56,023 bases of DNA from Macrostomum lignano (lineage: Eukaryota), in the NCBI GenBank assembly GCA_002269645.1, contig NIVC01004189.1:1-56023 (forward strand), in the 5' to 3' direction. The notes below the pieces were generated by a model. It did no database searches, was not told the origin of the DNA, and saw only the letters and a program-made list of their open reading frames with translations. The stretch's first letter is position 1. Each line of letters starts with the position of its first letter. The position numbers and the translations under genes are program-made. Positions 22,609 to 35,229 of the stretch are shown in pieces.

Positions 22609-25600
22609 ATGGGCTCTTGCTGTAGCCGTTGCACTAATGATGACGATGCATCCGCTGTTATTGGCGCAACTAGTGATGGATTTTTAGCTGCGGCTTCATT
22701 TCCATCGTCAGTGACACCTGTAAGTTTCCGGCCGCGCCAACAGCATGACGAAATTATTCAACAGCAAATCTTGCCGCCTGTAAAGCAGGGGGTAGAGAAC
22801 GCAGCTTTCAGTCGTAGTGATGAGGCATCAACAGCACCAGACCTCTGCCAAGCCTCAGCCTCAGCCAAGTCAGTATCGAACGGACCAAAGTGCCACTTTC
22901 ACTTTCCTGATTGGTTGGGAACTATGGCTACCCGAGCTTCGCGTCACCGCCATCTGCACCAGCAAAGTCGGGCACGGGATGGTGGACCTTCTTCAAGCAA
23001 CAATCGGCGTAAGCTGACTGGCATTATTGAGCAAGTGAACGAATGCGCACACGTCAGTGATGCATACGAAACCGGTGTAAATGGGACAGAGTTCCTAAAC
23101 AACTTGCCGGCTAAAATGTCTTCGTTACAATACTCCGGTGATGACTCTGCTTTCTGTTTACACCGGCAGCTAACGAGGGATCACGGTGCCACTAGTTCGC
23201 TTCGTCAGGAACCTGTCAGTCGAACTATTCCCTCCGAGTCCACGGATCACCAAAACAATCTTGATGGGGAGCAGCACCAAAATGGTAACCACCTTTGTCA
23301 CAGTCACCACAGCTTCCATGGCGATGACGTTTACCGAATATTCGTCGAGTCTTCATGGCACGTCAAGTCGTCTATTCTTTCTCTGGTAAATTTTTCACAT
23401 GTAAAATCTGTGCGAAAACTGATGACAATTTTATGCGAGATTTAGTCAACCATTAAATTTTTAGTTCGCCGCGAACTTATCTAAAAGTAGCAATGGAAAC
23501 GGGGCAAAGAAACGGAAGAATGAATGGATTCAATTATCGGGTCATTGTGGTGAGCCATGCGATTTGTTCTATGATTTTCCTGTTTTCTTTGACCCATGCA
23601 CCCAGTTAGAAGAACCGCAACTCATTAGCAGCAGCAATTGGCTATTCGAATGTTTAAATTAGTCTAGTTTGTTCGTTCGGAGCTTCTCAAAATGCATTAA
23701 TCACAAGCGTTAACGGCATATTTCAAGTACACAGTCAAACAGTTACTTTTGACAATGGCCGAAATCAGTTCTTTTAACAGTAGAACTACCAAGAGGGGGG
23801 GGGGTGGAATTTCCCCCCCCCTGACAATTTTTTTCGCTGCGCCGGAACGGAGCAACGCAGGCACACGAAATTTAAGAACACGGGCTAACTTTTTGTTGCG
23901 CACCTTCTCAAACAAGAATCAAGTCGCCAGCCCTCGCCAGACGGCGTCGGGGTGATGGCTGAATGCTTGACTGACTAGCTGAGGATGTCCAGCAGTTGAT
24001 TTTTGCCCACTATCGAGGCTTGATCAGCGAAACTAGAGAAATTCTTATCAGGCTGTCCATAGTCACCTGGTGTAATCTGTTGAAGGAGCCGACGGCGTCG
24101 GGATGATGACGGAATGCTTGAGAGACTAGCTGAAAATGTCTGGCGGTTGATTCTTGCCCACTGTCGAGGCTTGATCGGCGAAACTAGAGAAATCCGCATC
24201 AGGGTGTCCATAGTCACCTGGTGCCACAGCTGTTGAGGGTCCAGAAGCTCCACTTGGGTGAAGGCTAGTGACCAACGAAGTCAGAACTGATGCAGACACA
24301 TGTGTTCGACGTTCTGATGAAATTTGGAGACTTGGCAAGGCGGCACTGAGGCGCAGTGCTAATTGGCGCACAGGGGTGTACTGAATACACTAGCACTTAG
24401 CTCGTATGGGAAAAATCCGACCTTCTGGCAGAATCGTCGAATATCTCGACGGTCCGAAGGGCTGGCGACTTGATTCTTGTTTGAGAAGGTGCGCAACAAA
24501 AAGTTAGCCCGTGTTCTTAAATTTCGTGTGCCTGCGTTGCTCTGTTCCGGCGCAGCGAAAAAAATTGTCAGGGGGGGGGAATTTTTCCCCCCCTTTTGGT
24601 AGTTCGACGGGCGGAAAAATGGCTTGGTATTCCTACTGTTAACTTAGCATATGAATATCATCCTGCTTCAGGCACATTTGCGGTGGCAGGCCCATGGAGC
24701 ATTTGGAAGCGCAGAGACCCACGAGAAGTAAATGAGCTGCAAGCTTATAAGCTGTTGATGCAAAGCGAACAGCTGAGGCAGTTTGTGCCCATATTCTATC
24801 GCGAGGTCGAACACCGGGGAGAGTGTGAGTTAATCTGAATTATCCACGAATTATCATGCAGTATCCAAAACGAAGTTTAATCTTGCTATGTATTATAGAT
24901 ACTTTAGTATTAGGAACTAATGCTCAACATTAGTTTGTGTCTGTGGATGTATAGTTTAACCAAGAAGTCAAGATGTTGTTCGATAGGCCACACACAAACT
25001 GAGTTTATATGTAAATTTTGGCACTGTTCAAAGTCACGCAATGTGATAGTTACGAAGCAAGCAGATATTCCCATTCTACTGACAACTAAGTACACACCAC
25101 GCCCCCCAATGCGCACGCATTTTCGTACGCCAGTCCCGACAGAGCACTTGATCGAGCCCTGGTTTCTTTAGAGCGAGAGCCGGGGCGCGTTACCACCTGG
25201 AGCTGCTCTGCCTCTTTGATGGTCAAGAAGGAAACTATTCTCATTAAAATAGTTCAAAGATTCGCAAGATCCGATCGACACAAGAAGTAGCCTAATGTCT
25301 TTAATCTTCCCTTGTACTAATCAATGATTCTTCTAAGCACTTCAGATCAAAGAGGGAGCTAGCAGGTGCGTATAGCCACGCCCAAAAAACAACAGATCAC
25401 AGATACTTGATCGGATTTATTACATCCGTTCTATAGATGAATCTGAATGCAGTGACTGTTTTAACAACGTGTTTTCAGTTGTCCCTGTTGGTGTCTAAAA
25501 CCTATCATGTTGATTTTTTTAGTTTTGGGTTGCGCTTAACTCAACAATGAAGCATCTGCCAGCTATATGAATTGTGTCCTTTCAGATTTCCTTGAACTGG

Positions 25601-26778
25601 AAGATCTACTTCATCACTTCAAGAATCCCAGCATCATGGATGTGAAGATGGGGAGTCGGACTTTCCTGGAGTCCGAGGTGACAAACCCAGTGCTGCGCAC
25701 GGATTTGTACAAGAAGATGGTCGAGTTGGATCCCAATGAACCAACTGCAGAAGAGAAGCAGCACCAGGCTGTGACAAAGCTGCGTTACATGCGAGTAAGT
25801 CTGTCTGCCAAGGTCAAGTTTGGGCTGAAATCAGTAATCAAGAGTCTTTATAGCTCTTACGTATTTGTTACTACATGTATAAGCTTAAGAATCCGGAATT
25901 GTACGTATCATTTACAATGCATCAAAATCGAAGTTTATCTATACGTAGTTGATCAGCTTTCGTGCTTCCACACTCTTGCTGGTAGATAATTCGATATCAA
26001 AATGCATGTAAAGTATATTTAATTTTTTTGAGCATTGAAACATTGAAACTTTTTAGTTTCGAGAGAAAGAGAGCACATCAATAACGTTGGGATTTCGCTT
26101 AGATGCCATTCGGGTACGTCTCTTACTGCCAGTGATACTTATTCAGTGCGAAGAACGCCTGCTAAATCTTAGTACACTTGTACCTTTTTATTTAACAGAC
26201 AAAAGACCCTAAGACCTGCGAACAATACAGTTTACGGCTAAAGACGGCCAAAACAGAAGCTGAGGTAATTAAGCTATTTTGCGCAAACTTCCACTGTCTA
26301 TGTTACTTTGTGTTGACACCTATCTGCAGTCGTTTGGTGCCTACATTTTTATACACGCAGGTCGCCGACATCATGCACTACTTCTGCGCATACAATCCGG
26401 TCATTATGCGCCAGTACGCTAGACGGCTCACAGATCTGCGCACCGTGCTGGAAGGCTCCAGCTTCTTCAAGTCTCACGAGGTCCAATGGGTTTCAAAATA
26501 GACCATAATTACGGTATACCAACCTTCAGTTTTATTTCTATCTGTAATTGTCATCTAATTTCCTATTGTAGTTGATTGGGTCGTCACTGCTCTTCCTGCA
26601 CGATGAGACGCTGAAAGCGAATGCGTGGATGATCGACTTTGCCAAAACGGTGCCACACCAGGAGCTTCGGCTGAGCCATGCGGTCGAATGGCAGCTGGGC
26701 AATCACGAGGATGGCTACCTCACCGGACTGAATAATCTTATTCGACTGCTGGACGGCATGGCGAATCAGTATGTGTGA
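22609..26778 (+). CDS. IP3K: Inositol-1,4,5-trisphosphate 3-kinase, 8 exons: 22609-23385, 23465-23549, 24672-24824, 25586-25794, 26057-26113, 26199-26264, 26361-26480, 26572-26778
   Basis: IPK motifs [16 protein letters not shown] (PxxxDxKxG), LGFRL, GSSLL, WMIDFAK and NHEDGYL are present in order. All junctions are GT-AG with consistent phases. The exon 7 donor is an atypical GTCCAA. Confidence 0.93.
23778..24610. mobile_element. Non-autonomous DNA transposon/MITE with ~155-bp TIRs in IP3K intron 2
   Basis: 23778-23934 is the reverse complement of 24458-24610. There is an internal ~150-bp diverged direct duplication. No clean TSD was found. Confidence 0.8.
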
Positions 26779-27380
26779 GGAGCGGCCGACATGTTGGATA
26801 AATGCGTCACCATGTGCTTAGTATAAAATTTCTAATGATTGCTCATGTGACACGCATGTCAGCTCGAAATACGCTTCCCCAACCCCAAGAACAGCCGGAA
26901 CTCATACAGGCAGTCATGATTGTGCCCCTACAGACTCACCTCTAGTAACTAATTATAGGTTTGTGTCTACACGTATCCAGCTGTATTATTCTTTGCTCAT
27001 GAGCTTGAGAGGCATTCCAATTCTATTATTTTTTGGAAAGTAACTTTTGTAACAAATTGAAGTAACTCGACTGTATACCCTTGGATCATTATTTTCTCTG
27101 AACATTCCTGGATGTACAAGCAACGGTAATTTAAAAAAAAATTAAAGGCTAAGAAAATCGACTTTGTGATGCATTCTATTTCTACGGTTAATCTGTTTTC
27201 TTCGAATCCGACTGAATATGTATTCAAAAGATTGAAAACTCTCTGTACTGTTCTTGTGTCAATTCAGTGTCGGAAATCAATATGTACCAAAGATTCGAGA
27301 CTGTTTTGCCAACAGAAAATGACTATAGTTGTTGCTGAATCGTTCAGTCCAATTCGAATTGAAGGTCAGGGTCATCACAC

Positions 27381-30300
27381 CTAAATATGGAGCCTGTAGT
27401 CGCGAGTTTCAGGCTCTTGGTTGCGATAGTCGATCGGCTTCAGGTTGTCCCAGTTGTGGCCCTGGAATTTTATGCAAATTTTATGTAATTTTTCTTAGAA
27501 TTCATCTCGTATCTTGGTAAAATTAAACGAACCGTTTCTGAAAGCACCTCTGAAAGGACATAATGTACGTTAACAGCTGTTAGTCTTTGAAACTGCGAGA
27601 ACAGGCCTCAAAGAAAGTCCTTATATAAGTCCTTATATGCAGTACCAATGACTTGACCGTTCAGTACTTGTATCATGTACATGTATCAGCTCGTAAATTT
27701 TTTTTATAAAACGCGGTTCTTTACCGAGATTTCCACTCCAGAGGAGGAGTTGCACGACTGGTGAATACGGCCGGTGCGGTACATGTGCTTCAGGGCGGCC
27801 ACTTCCATGCGGCCCCATTCTATGCTCTGGTAGTTCTCTTCGATCGTTTTCTTCCTCGAAGTTTCGGCTCCATAAAGTCTGTCGAATCAAAAATGAATTA
27901 TGCTTCTTTTTTGTATAAATTCTAATCCGACCGATGAATAATAACAGACTGATAATGATAACTCACACATTCATTTTTTTGAAGAATCGATCTAAAGTGT
28001 TGTCACTGACAATGCTCTTGCACAGTTCAAGCTGACTCTTCGGGTAGTAAAATACATAGTTCAGGCACATCTCGTTGTTGATCGACAGGCCGCCGAGAGT
28101 GACGTTCCTACGCTTGGACGTGTCGAATGTGCAGGTGGTCACGAGAGCATCGCCCTTGCAATTGATTATTTTGCTTATTTGCTTAATTTGAACGGTACAA
28201 TTTGTCATCCTATTGAACTTCAGCCAAAATTCTAGACGCATTTATGACTAAAAATTGTATAAAACTTACCGGCAGGACACGAATTGGCTCTGGAAGCAGA
28301 CGAATTTCCTGGAAATGCGGACTATAATGCTTGTCATCGTTGAGAACTCTGACAAAATGACGCGGCCTGTGATGGATTGTCTTCACACGAACCCCTGTCG
28401 TATGCGTGTGTAGCTGAGAAGCGAATATCTTGATGCCGTCCGGTGGAAGCCCCTGTCATTGAAGCCATTCATGAATCATATAAAATATAGCTGCATTATG
28501 CAAAAAGACAAAGGGTCTACAAATGTAATATTTCGGCCTTCGTATTTCGTCTTTCAGAACGTACTCTTCCGAGCCTGATTCCACTGCTTCGTGCTTAGCA
28601 AATACCTAAAATCTTTAATGTTTTCTCGGCTCAGCGGTTAACGTGTCTGAATTTCGCATCTTGCACGGGATAATTTAAGGCTCGCGAACAAAGTTTGGCC
28701 TGCGGTGAAATTCTCGATGGCTTTCATGAGGCCGATTCATTCAACCCAGGCAGAGTGTGTACATGCCTGTCGACGAAGAGAAACTCAGGGCCACTCTAAA
28801 CTCTGTGTGGCGTACTCAGGGGTCGGTGGAATGGGCATAACTAAACTACGGAACAGCAAAATACTGCGTAATATTACATTCTATACAAATCGGTAAGCTT
28901 GTCGATGAACTCCTACCTCATTTGTGCATTTCGGCAGGCAAAATCCAGTTAGTTCAAATCTGGGCTCTCCCGGCGGCACTGCGCTGTAGGGCAAATAGTC
29001 GAGCCCAAGCTCTATAATTCCGACATCGAATTTCCGCAGTCTCCGGGTGAGATAGAATCGCAGGCCGCTGCTGTCCACCAGGCCAGATTTACCTGCGGCA
29101 TTGTTATAGTGCAGTTCTATCACGGCGTACTGAGTTCCGCTTCGGCCGCTTCGGCCTCCGATGGGCAAGCCAGCCTCGGACGGGTAGAAGATTCCCTGTT
29201 CATGGAGTTTGGATGCTTGTACGTCTCACAATGAAGCCTTGTACAAGGACTACTCAAGTAACATATATATAACTTACTAACCAAGGTTATAACTAACCAA
29301 GGACAACTTACATTGTAAGTTACTATATATATATAGTAACTTTAAAGTAACATTAAAGTAAAGAGTAAAGAGACTTTAACTGACATTAAAGTAAAGAGAT
29401 TCTTTAATGATATAGAATATTATTTATTTGGCTTGGTTTTTGGCTCTGTACATTTGATTCGCTTCATGTTCTTTACTTGATACTCTTTTAGTAGGCCAGC
29501 ATTTGTAGTAGGGAAGCCCCCAGTCTCGAAGTGAACAACTTTTATCCCCGAAGCCGAGGGTGCGCTATACAGTATGTTCAAAAATCTTTGGCTTGATTTG
29601 TGCGATCAGATGATGAGAAAAAAGTTTCTGGCCTCCTTACCGTTGCACCCATCGCCCAGGCTCCGATGACTTTTCTGCATGAGGTCATGCCGAGAGGCTT
29701 TGTCTCAGAGTTGCACGGCGCATCGTAATCCCTGACGGACTCTGGCAGATCCTCGACGCACAGAAATACCTCCAGGTGATGTACCAGGCCTTCACTTCCC
29801 TTGCTGATCACCGGTTCGTACTTTGATTGGCAGTTGCGAAGCAATTTTAGATTGCAGAGTCAGCTGTACATGTACATGTAAAGTTACAAAAATCTACGTA
29901 AAACAGCAAGCTCTCACCCCGATAATGTGGTGCTGTTCGCGCATTTCAGGCAGTCGCACCACCCGACACCAGTAGGTAGTTTCCGAAGAAGGCACCTGAA
30001 CACCTGAGACGCGGACTTCCATCTGCTTCGTGTCCGGTTGGGGTGGCGGAATCGGCAGCTGGCTTTTGATCAGCTGCACGAGGTGCTCAGACACGTCATA
30101 GTCCTGTAGCCGGTCCCACACGAAAGGACTTTTGAAGAACAGCAGGTGAGTTGTACCGCGCTGTAAAGAATGTTAGAAGCTTAATATTAAAGTCATGGTT
30201 GCTAAAGCGAATGCTTTGCGCGAATTTCTATACCAAAAACCCCATTGGGACGGCATTGATGACGGAATAATGGCTGCAGATAGTGAGTGTGGATTTGACG

Positions 30301-31434
30301 TGATGTTTTTTCCTTTCAGGTTAAATATCTGTCCAAGCTAGGTAACAATAAAATATCCAGCCCTTTTATATCTATCTTGAGGTTAAACTTCTAAATTGTG
30401 CATGGTTAGGTTTTATCATAAAAGCTGAACTTTGCACAATACGATAATAATAATAATAACAATTGATTACACCTGCCCTAATGGGCAGATGTGCAACTGA
30501 CAGCTCAGCCACAGTTATTGCGCCGCACACCTGAAGTCTGTCCAAGGACTGGGGAGTCCCCACACAAACCCTAAATTACCCGAGCTAATGCTGGCACCCA
30601 TTTCACAGCTGGGTGGACTGAAGCAATGCAGAGTTGAAGTGTCTTGCTCAAGGACATAAATTGTTCCGAGTAGATCGAGAATCGAATCTCCGACCTTTCA
30701 GTCGTGAGTCCGACGCTCTAACCACTAGGGTACAGCCCCCGCTGACTAGCTTACAATACAAAAACCTCTGTTACTAATGGGGTTCTCATCAGAGCAAAAG
30801 CTTACATCAATCTTGTAGAAGGTGAGCTCTTTCGGACGAATTGGTCGCAGAATGGTGAGAACGATAGTTTTCCCATCGGTATCCCAGGCTTTAAGCTCAT
30901 ACTCCGACTTTGGCTGCCGCTTTAGCGTCTTATCCTCGGTCACACGGAAGTCAGCAATGGTCAGCTTGCGGGTGGATAAGAGCGGCTTAGTTGAAAAATA
31001 GGCTTTTTGTTGCAAATGTCTCGAGTGCATCCAAAACCTATAGGTCTATGGGTACGACGTATCTGTACGATGGGTGTCTCTACCTAAATACTCGTAGTAC
31101 TGTTGCACGGTATCGCTGAGTTCAGAAGCATGTATCAATATGGAATTTTCAAGCATTCATGAATCCTCACCAGCTCTGAAGCGTCAATGTACACGATCCC
31201 AAAGTCGGCGCCTTCAACCTTGCCGCGGTCTGAGAAGCCCAGTCCAACGACGGTGGTGCCCTGTGGCACTTCTACATTAAAAACTATGAAATTTGCGCGC
31301 CAATTGAAATTCCAACTAAGTTGACAGCCGCCGCCCAAAGGTAGCTTATAGGGTAGCTTCTCTACCTGGCTTGGCGTGGAAGCATCTGCAGCTAAAGTCA
31401 GGCCAAAAATCAAAAGCAATGCTGTAGGCAGCAT
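27381..31434 (-). CDS. DBH: Dopamine/tyramine beta-hydroxylase (copper type II monooxygenase), 9 exons: 31434-31171, 30964-30806, 30160-29918, 29820-29641, 29195-28917, 28452-28270, 28154-27967, 27878-27725, 27461-27381
   Basis: Signal peptide, DOMON domain (GFSDRG), TTYWC, and YEPVISKGSEGLVHHLEVFLC. All copper ligands are present (VHH, ELHY, HTH, EMC). Phases are consistent and the stop is TAG at 27383-27381. DBH versus TBH substrate cannot be decided from sequence. Confidence 0.93.
30443..30740 (-). mobile_element. Full-length tRNA-derived SINE (family B) in DBH intron 2
   Basis: tRNA-like head (TACCCTAGTGG A box, GATTCGATTCT B box), CORE-like TCCTTGAGCAAGACACTT segment and a (TTA)n tail. 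Confidence 0.8.
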
Positions 31435-32324
31435 GTGTCTATCTGTTTTGGAGAGACTAATTTCCTGCAATGCACAGAAGAAAACGGTCCGACAAACTCA
31501 GAGAAAAATGCTGTCTGATCGAAGGCGATTGCAGCTATTTATTCTTGGGCCTGTGCTATTTACATGCATTTGAGCTCCCATTCAGACAGCATTCTCAAGA
31601 CTCAAATCATTTGGTCCAATCCCCGGTGAGAGATGGAATTGTTCCGGGTCAGTGCCAACTCAGTCAGCTCTGGTTGGCTTTCTGGGGAAATGAGACTTCC
31701 AGTTCGGTCTGTCGTCTGTTAATTAGCTGAAAATCCAGAAAGAAATGAAAGTTTAAGCTTCAAACCAAGAACTTATCAGCAGAATGGACCAATGCCGATT
31801 GGCAAGCCATCATATCATGCAAGTTGAATCTCCATTAAAAAGTGGATGCTGATTAGCAACTTTCTCGAGAAGTTTCGAAAAACTATCGCCATCTTGCTAT
31901 GACTTGAGGGTTAATCGAAGTGTTCGACCGTTCTCAAGGTTTTAGAGATAAATTAACTAATGCTCAGTGTTCACGGTTGAGTTTGCTAAGACCCGCCACT
32001 ACAGGGTGGGTGTCTTCATGATGCCGCGTTCCAAAAACGATAATATCTGTCATCTAGAAACTATATGATTATATGGCTCGTATGATATGGGTCTTCATAA
32101 TGAGAAACCTTAAATAAATTTCACTCTCAAAGCAGCTCTGACGCTGATGCACATTCCTGATCCAGCTATGTAAAAGCTATTCATCGAAAACTTCAACTGA
32201 TTTTTATCATCTAACAGAAGAAATGATTCTCTAAGCAGTGTAAACAATACTTGTAGACTTTTTGCAGCTAGGTTGGCTTGCACGAGTGTATGGAGCTAGT
32301 GATTTTTCATTTGTGTATGTTTCT

Positions 32325-32662
32325 AGGTTGTAGCTTAATGGTAGGTCGTAATCCACTCGGAACAATTTGTGTCCTTGAGCAAGATACAGTTATGTAACTC
32401 TGCATTGCTTCAGTTCACTCAACTGTACAATGGGTACCAGCATTAGCTGGGGTAATTGCGGGTGTGTGGCGACCCCGCAGCAAGGACTAATTAAGTAGAT
32501 ATATAAATTATTTCAGTCGTCCTTGCCCCGCAGCCGCAGTCCTTGGACTGAATAGCCGTCAGCCTGCAGATACGCCGCGCAATACCTGCGGCTGAGCTGT
32601 CGGTCGCATGCACATCTGCTTATTAGGACAGGTGTTATCTTGATTATTAATACTTATTATTA
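32325..32662 (+). mobile_element. Diverged SINE family B copy upstream of DBH
   Basis: Shares CCACTCGGAACAATT.GTGTCCTTGAGCAAG...CTCTGCATTGCTTCAG...AATGGGT.CCAGCATTAGC and the tail with the 30443-30740 copy. The head is partly deleted and there is an internal insertion. Confidence 0.78.
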
Positions 32663-33886
32663 ACGCGAATATCTATCCATCAATTAGACTAAAAAACTAA
32701 AAGATGCATGCAAGTAACATCATTTTAACCACAGCTTGTGCCTGCTGACTTCAAGATAGTTCGTACGATCGTATCAAGAACCTTGCCATCATACGAATGC
32801 TTCGCACAGTGCAGATATAGGCTGATAAGAGCTGAAGATGGCTACAGAGAAAATAGCCAATGCATTAATGCCAACGGGTCCTGAGAGAATTGATTTGGAA
32901 AAAAGATCCTGTCAGCTTATGTCAGAAACAGATTTCCAGTAATGGACGGTGGAAGGTGTTTTCTCAACATTCTGATACAGGATAAGCGCTCCGTATTTTA
33001 ACTCGCCACTCCAACAACTTACGTCATGTGCAGTGAATAAATGAATGCAAATCGCTTAGGACTACGCCTCTTGGAGTATCGAAGGCACTGCACTCATTTT
33101 CAGATAATAGTTAATACATTTACGTACATGTACATGTACATCCTGCAGCATATAAGAAGTAGTCAATCATGTGAATGTTGCCAAATTGTAATCAGTTCGA
33201 AAACCTAAAAAGAATTCAGAAACTGGGCTCTCTCATCCGTAGAGTATCTTCTTATTAGCTTTCTTAGATCGATCTACAGATTTACGCGTCAATAGCGCGG
33301 ACATGCGTGGTATAATAAACAAGTTAAATCCACTGTTGAATTGTAGCACAAGTACCATTCGCCTAATTTCAATAATCTGGGGGCAACAACGGACCTTCAA
33401 GTTAAGATATACTGCCGTTGCATGAACGGGCGGGCGGCATTGCTGCCTCGCTGCAAAGAATTCATCTACCAAGTGCCAAGCATCACGGACGACATGCATG
33501 GCACGGCGCAGGGCGCTTGCCTGGGGGGCATTCCGTACCGTGCGGACTGTCCCCGCGCTGCCGGATCGTCTGAGAGGGCGGCTGTTCCAGGCCGTCATAG
33601 AAACCGGCAACTCGCTCATGCTGGACTTCTGCGAGCCGCATTCGGTGACCACTACTCGCCGACCGCCACCACCAACACCAGCAATGACGAGCCATACCGA
33701 CGGCCCAGCTAATCCCGACCTAGCCAGCTGCTACGCATCCGGCGCCTACAGCTGGCCGCCACGTCATCCGAGCAGAGTAGTACTTGTTCTGTTGTTGAAT
33801 TAACGAACGCAGAAACAAGATAGATAATTATCCGGGCGCTCGGTGGCACCAAAAGAAGGGGTTGGCCAATAGGAGGGCGGCTCGTA

Positions 33887-33981
33887 TATTTATACACGCG
33901 GGGAAGGAAAGTTCTAGAAAGACCGGGGAAGGAAACTTCTGGAACTATGCGTAAACAAGTCCGCGGTGGAAGTTTCTAGAA
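33887..33981 (-). promoter_or_regulatory. 3' LTR: three perfect heat-shock elements plus TATA box
   Basis: GAAagTTCtaGAA (33907-33919), GAAacTTCtgGAA (33932-33944), GAAgtTTCtaGAA (33969-33981), and TATAAATA on the minus strand at 33894-33887. Confidence 0.85.
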
Positions 33982-34081
33982 ACGCTGTCCCCGAACTACC
34001 CCTACGCATCGCATGCCTTTGCAATACACAACATTCTTCCCCTCCTTCAAGGAGTCCAACAGTCCCCAAGCTTCACTTTAA

Positions 34082-34804
34082 TCAGTCCCAGCGGCAGTTC
34101 ATGAAGCGTATCGGCGGGTGCCTGGCTCGCTCAGATCGGCGGGGCGCTGCTGTTCTTGCCGGAGGCTCCGCCGCCGGTGCCGCCGGTGCCGCCGTGCCGG
34201 CTCCGGTCGTTGGCGCCGAGTCCACCAGTGGGTCGAACCGCTCTCTCGGCTGCGCCGGGTGCGGTGTTCGGATCAGCCGCTGCTGGTTCCATCTGGTGCC
34301 GTCGCTGAGCTCGACCGCGTGGTGTCCCGCCTGATGGAGCACTTGTAGTGGCCGTGAGAGGCGGGTACCCAGCTTGCCCTTCTTGGTGGGCCGTCGGATT
34401 CTCACCCACTCGCCGGGGTGGAACGTCTCGGGGCGGGCCCTTCGCCTGGCATCGGTGTAGGTCTTGATCCGCTGCTGACGCGCCTCTATTTGCCGCCGCA
34501 GTGCCTGAGGCGTCGCCTCTGTCGTTGTCATTCCCCCTCCGGGAGACAGCATGGTGATCGCGGTGCGCCACTTCCGACCCAGCATGAGCTCGGCCGGTGA
34601 CTTGCCCGTCAGGCTGTGCTTGGAGCTCCGGTAGGCAGACAAGAAGTTGGTCACGGCGTCTTGAAACGGCCTGTTCTCCACCATGGCCGCTCTGATGCTG
34701 GCGAGCAGCGACCGATTGAGACGCTGCTCCGTCTGGCCGTTGGTCTGCGGATGGTAGAGGCTGCAGGTCTTGACGTGCCGGATGCCCTGCTCGACATATC
34801 GCAC
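34082..34804 (-). CDS. C-terminal integrase fragment of the LTR element
   Basis: GIRH...YHPQTNGQ.E.RLNRSL, FLSAYRSSKHSLTGKSPAELMLGR and a GEWVRIRR SH3-like tail. The HHCC domain and first catalytic Asp residues are missing. Confidence 0.85.
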   Translation of the reverse strand: MRYVEQGIRHVKTCSLYHPQTNGQTEQRLNRSLLASIRAAMVENRPFQDAVTNFLSAYRSSKHSLTGKSPAELMLGRKWRTAITMLSPGGGMTTTEATPQALRRQIEARQQRIKTYTDARRRARPETFHPGEWVRIRRPTKKGKLGTRLSRPLQVLHQAGHHAVELSDGTRWNQQRLIRTPHPAQPRERFDPLVDSAPTTGAGTAAPAAPAAEPPARTAAPRRSERARHPPIRFMNCRWD

Positions 34805-35222
34805 CGCTGAAGGTCGTTGGGTACCGCGCCTGCAAGTCCGCCGTCAGGTCGCTGACCTCCGCGATTCCGGGCGGCTGCCCGCTAAGGTCGACTCGGAAGC
34901 CCAGCTTCTCCATCAGGTCTCTACCGACGATGTTGTCGCCGCCTGGCGCAACGAAGAACCGGTGCTGCATCGCCTTGTCGCCGTAGCGCACCTCCAGCTC
35001 GGTGACACCACTTAGCTGGATCGGCAGTCCGCCGTAGGCACGCAGCTTCGTCGTGGTGGGAGAGGTGACTGCACCTGAGATCCGGTCGGCGGTCTGTCGG
35101 GACAGCAGCGACACCCTTGCGCCGCAGTCCACCATCAGGCTGACAGCGGTCCTGTTCGGTCCAAGTTCCAGCGTCGCCCGGACCTCCCTGTCGCCACCCG
35201 GCACTGCGTAGACTGTGATCAC
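34805..35222 (-). CDS. Retropepsin-like protease and linker of the LTR element
   Basis: LMVDCGARVSLLS...LRAYGG...NIVGRDLMEKLG, then LQARYPTTFSG, where RT would normally begin. Confidence 0.85.
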
Positions 35223-35229
35223 CTCGTCC

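Noticed and set aside
31860-31882. HSE-like TTCTCGAGAAGTTTCGAAA upstream of DBH
   Set aside because: Only two correctly spaced nGAAn units are present, which is compatible with chance.
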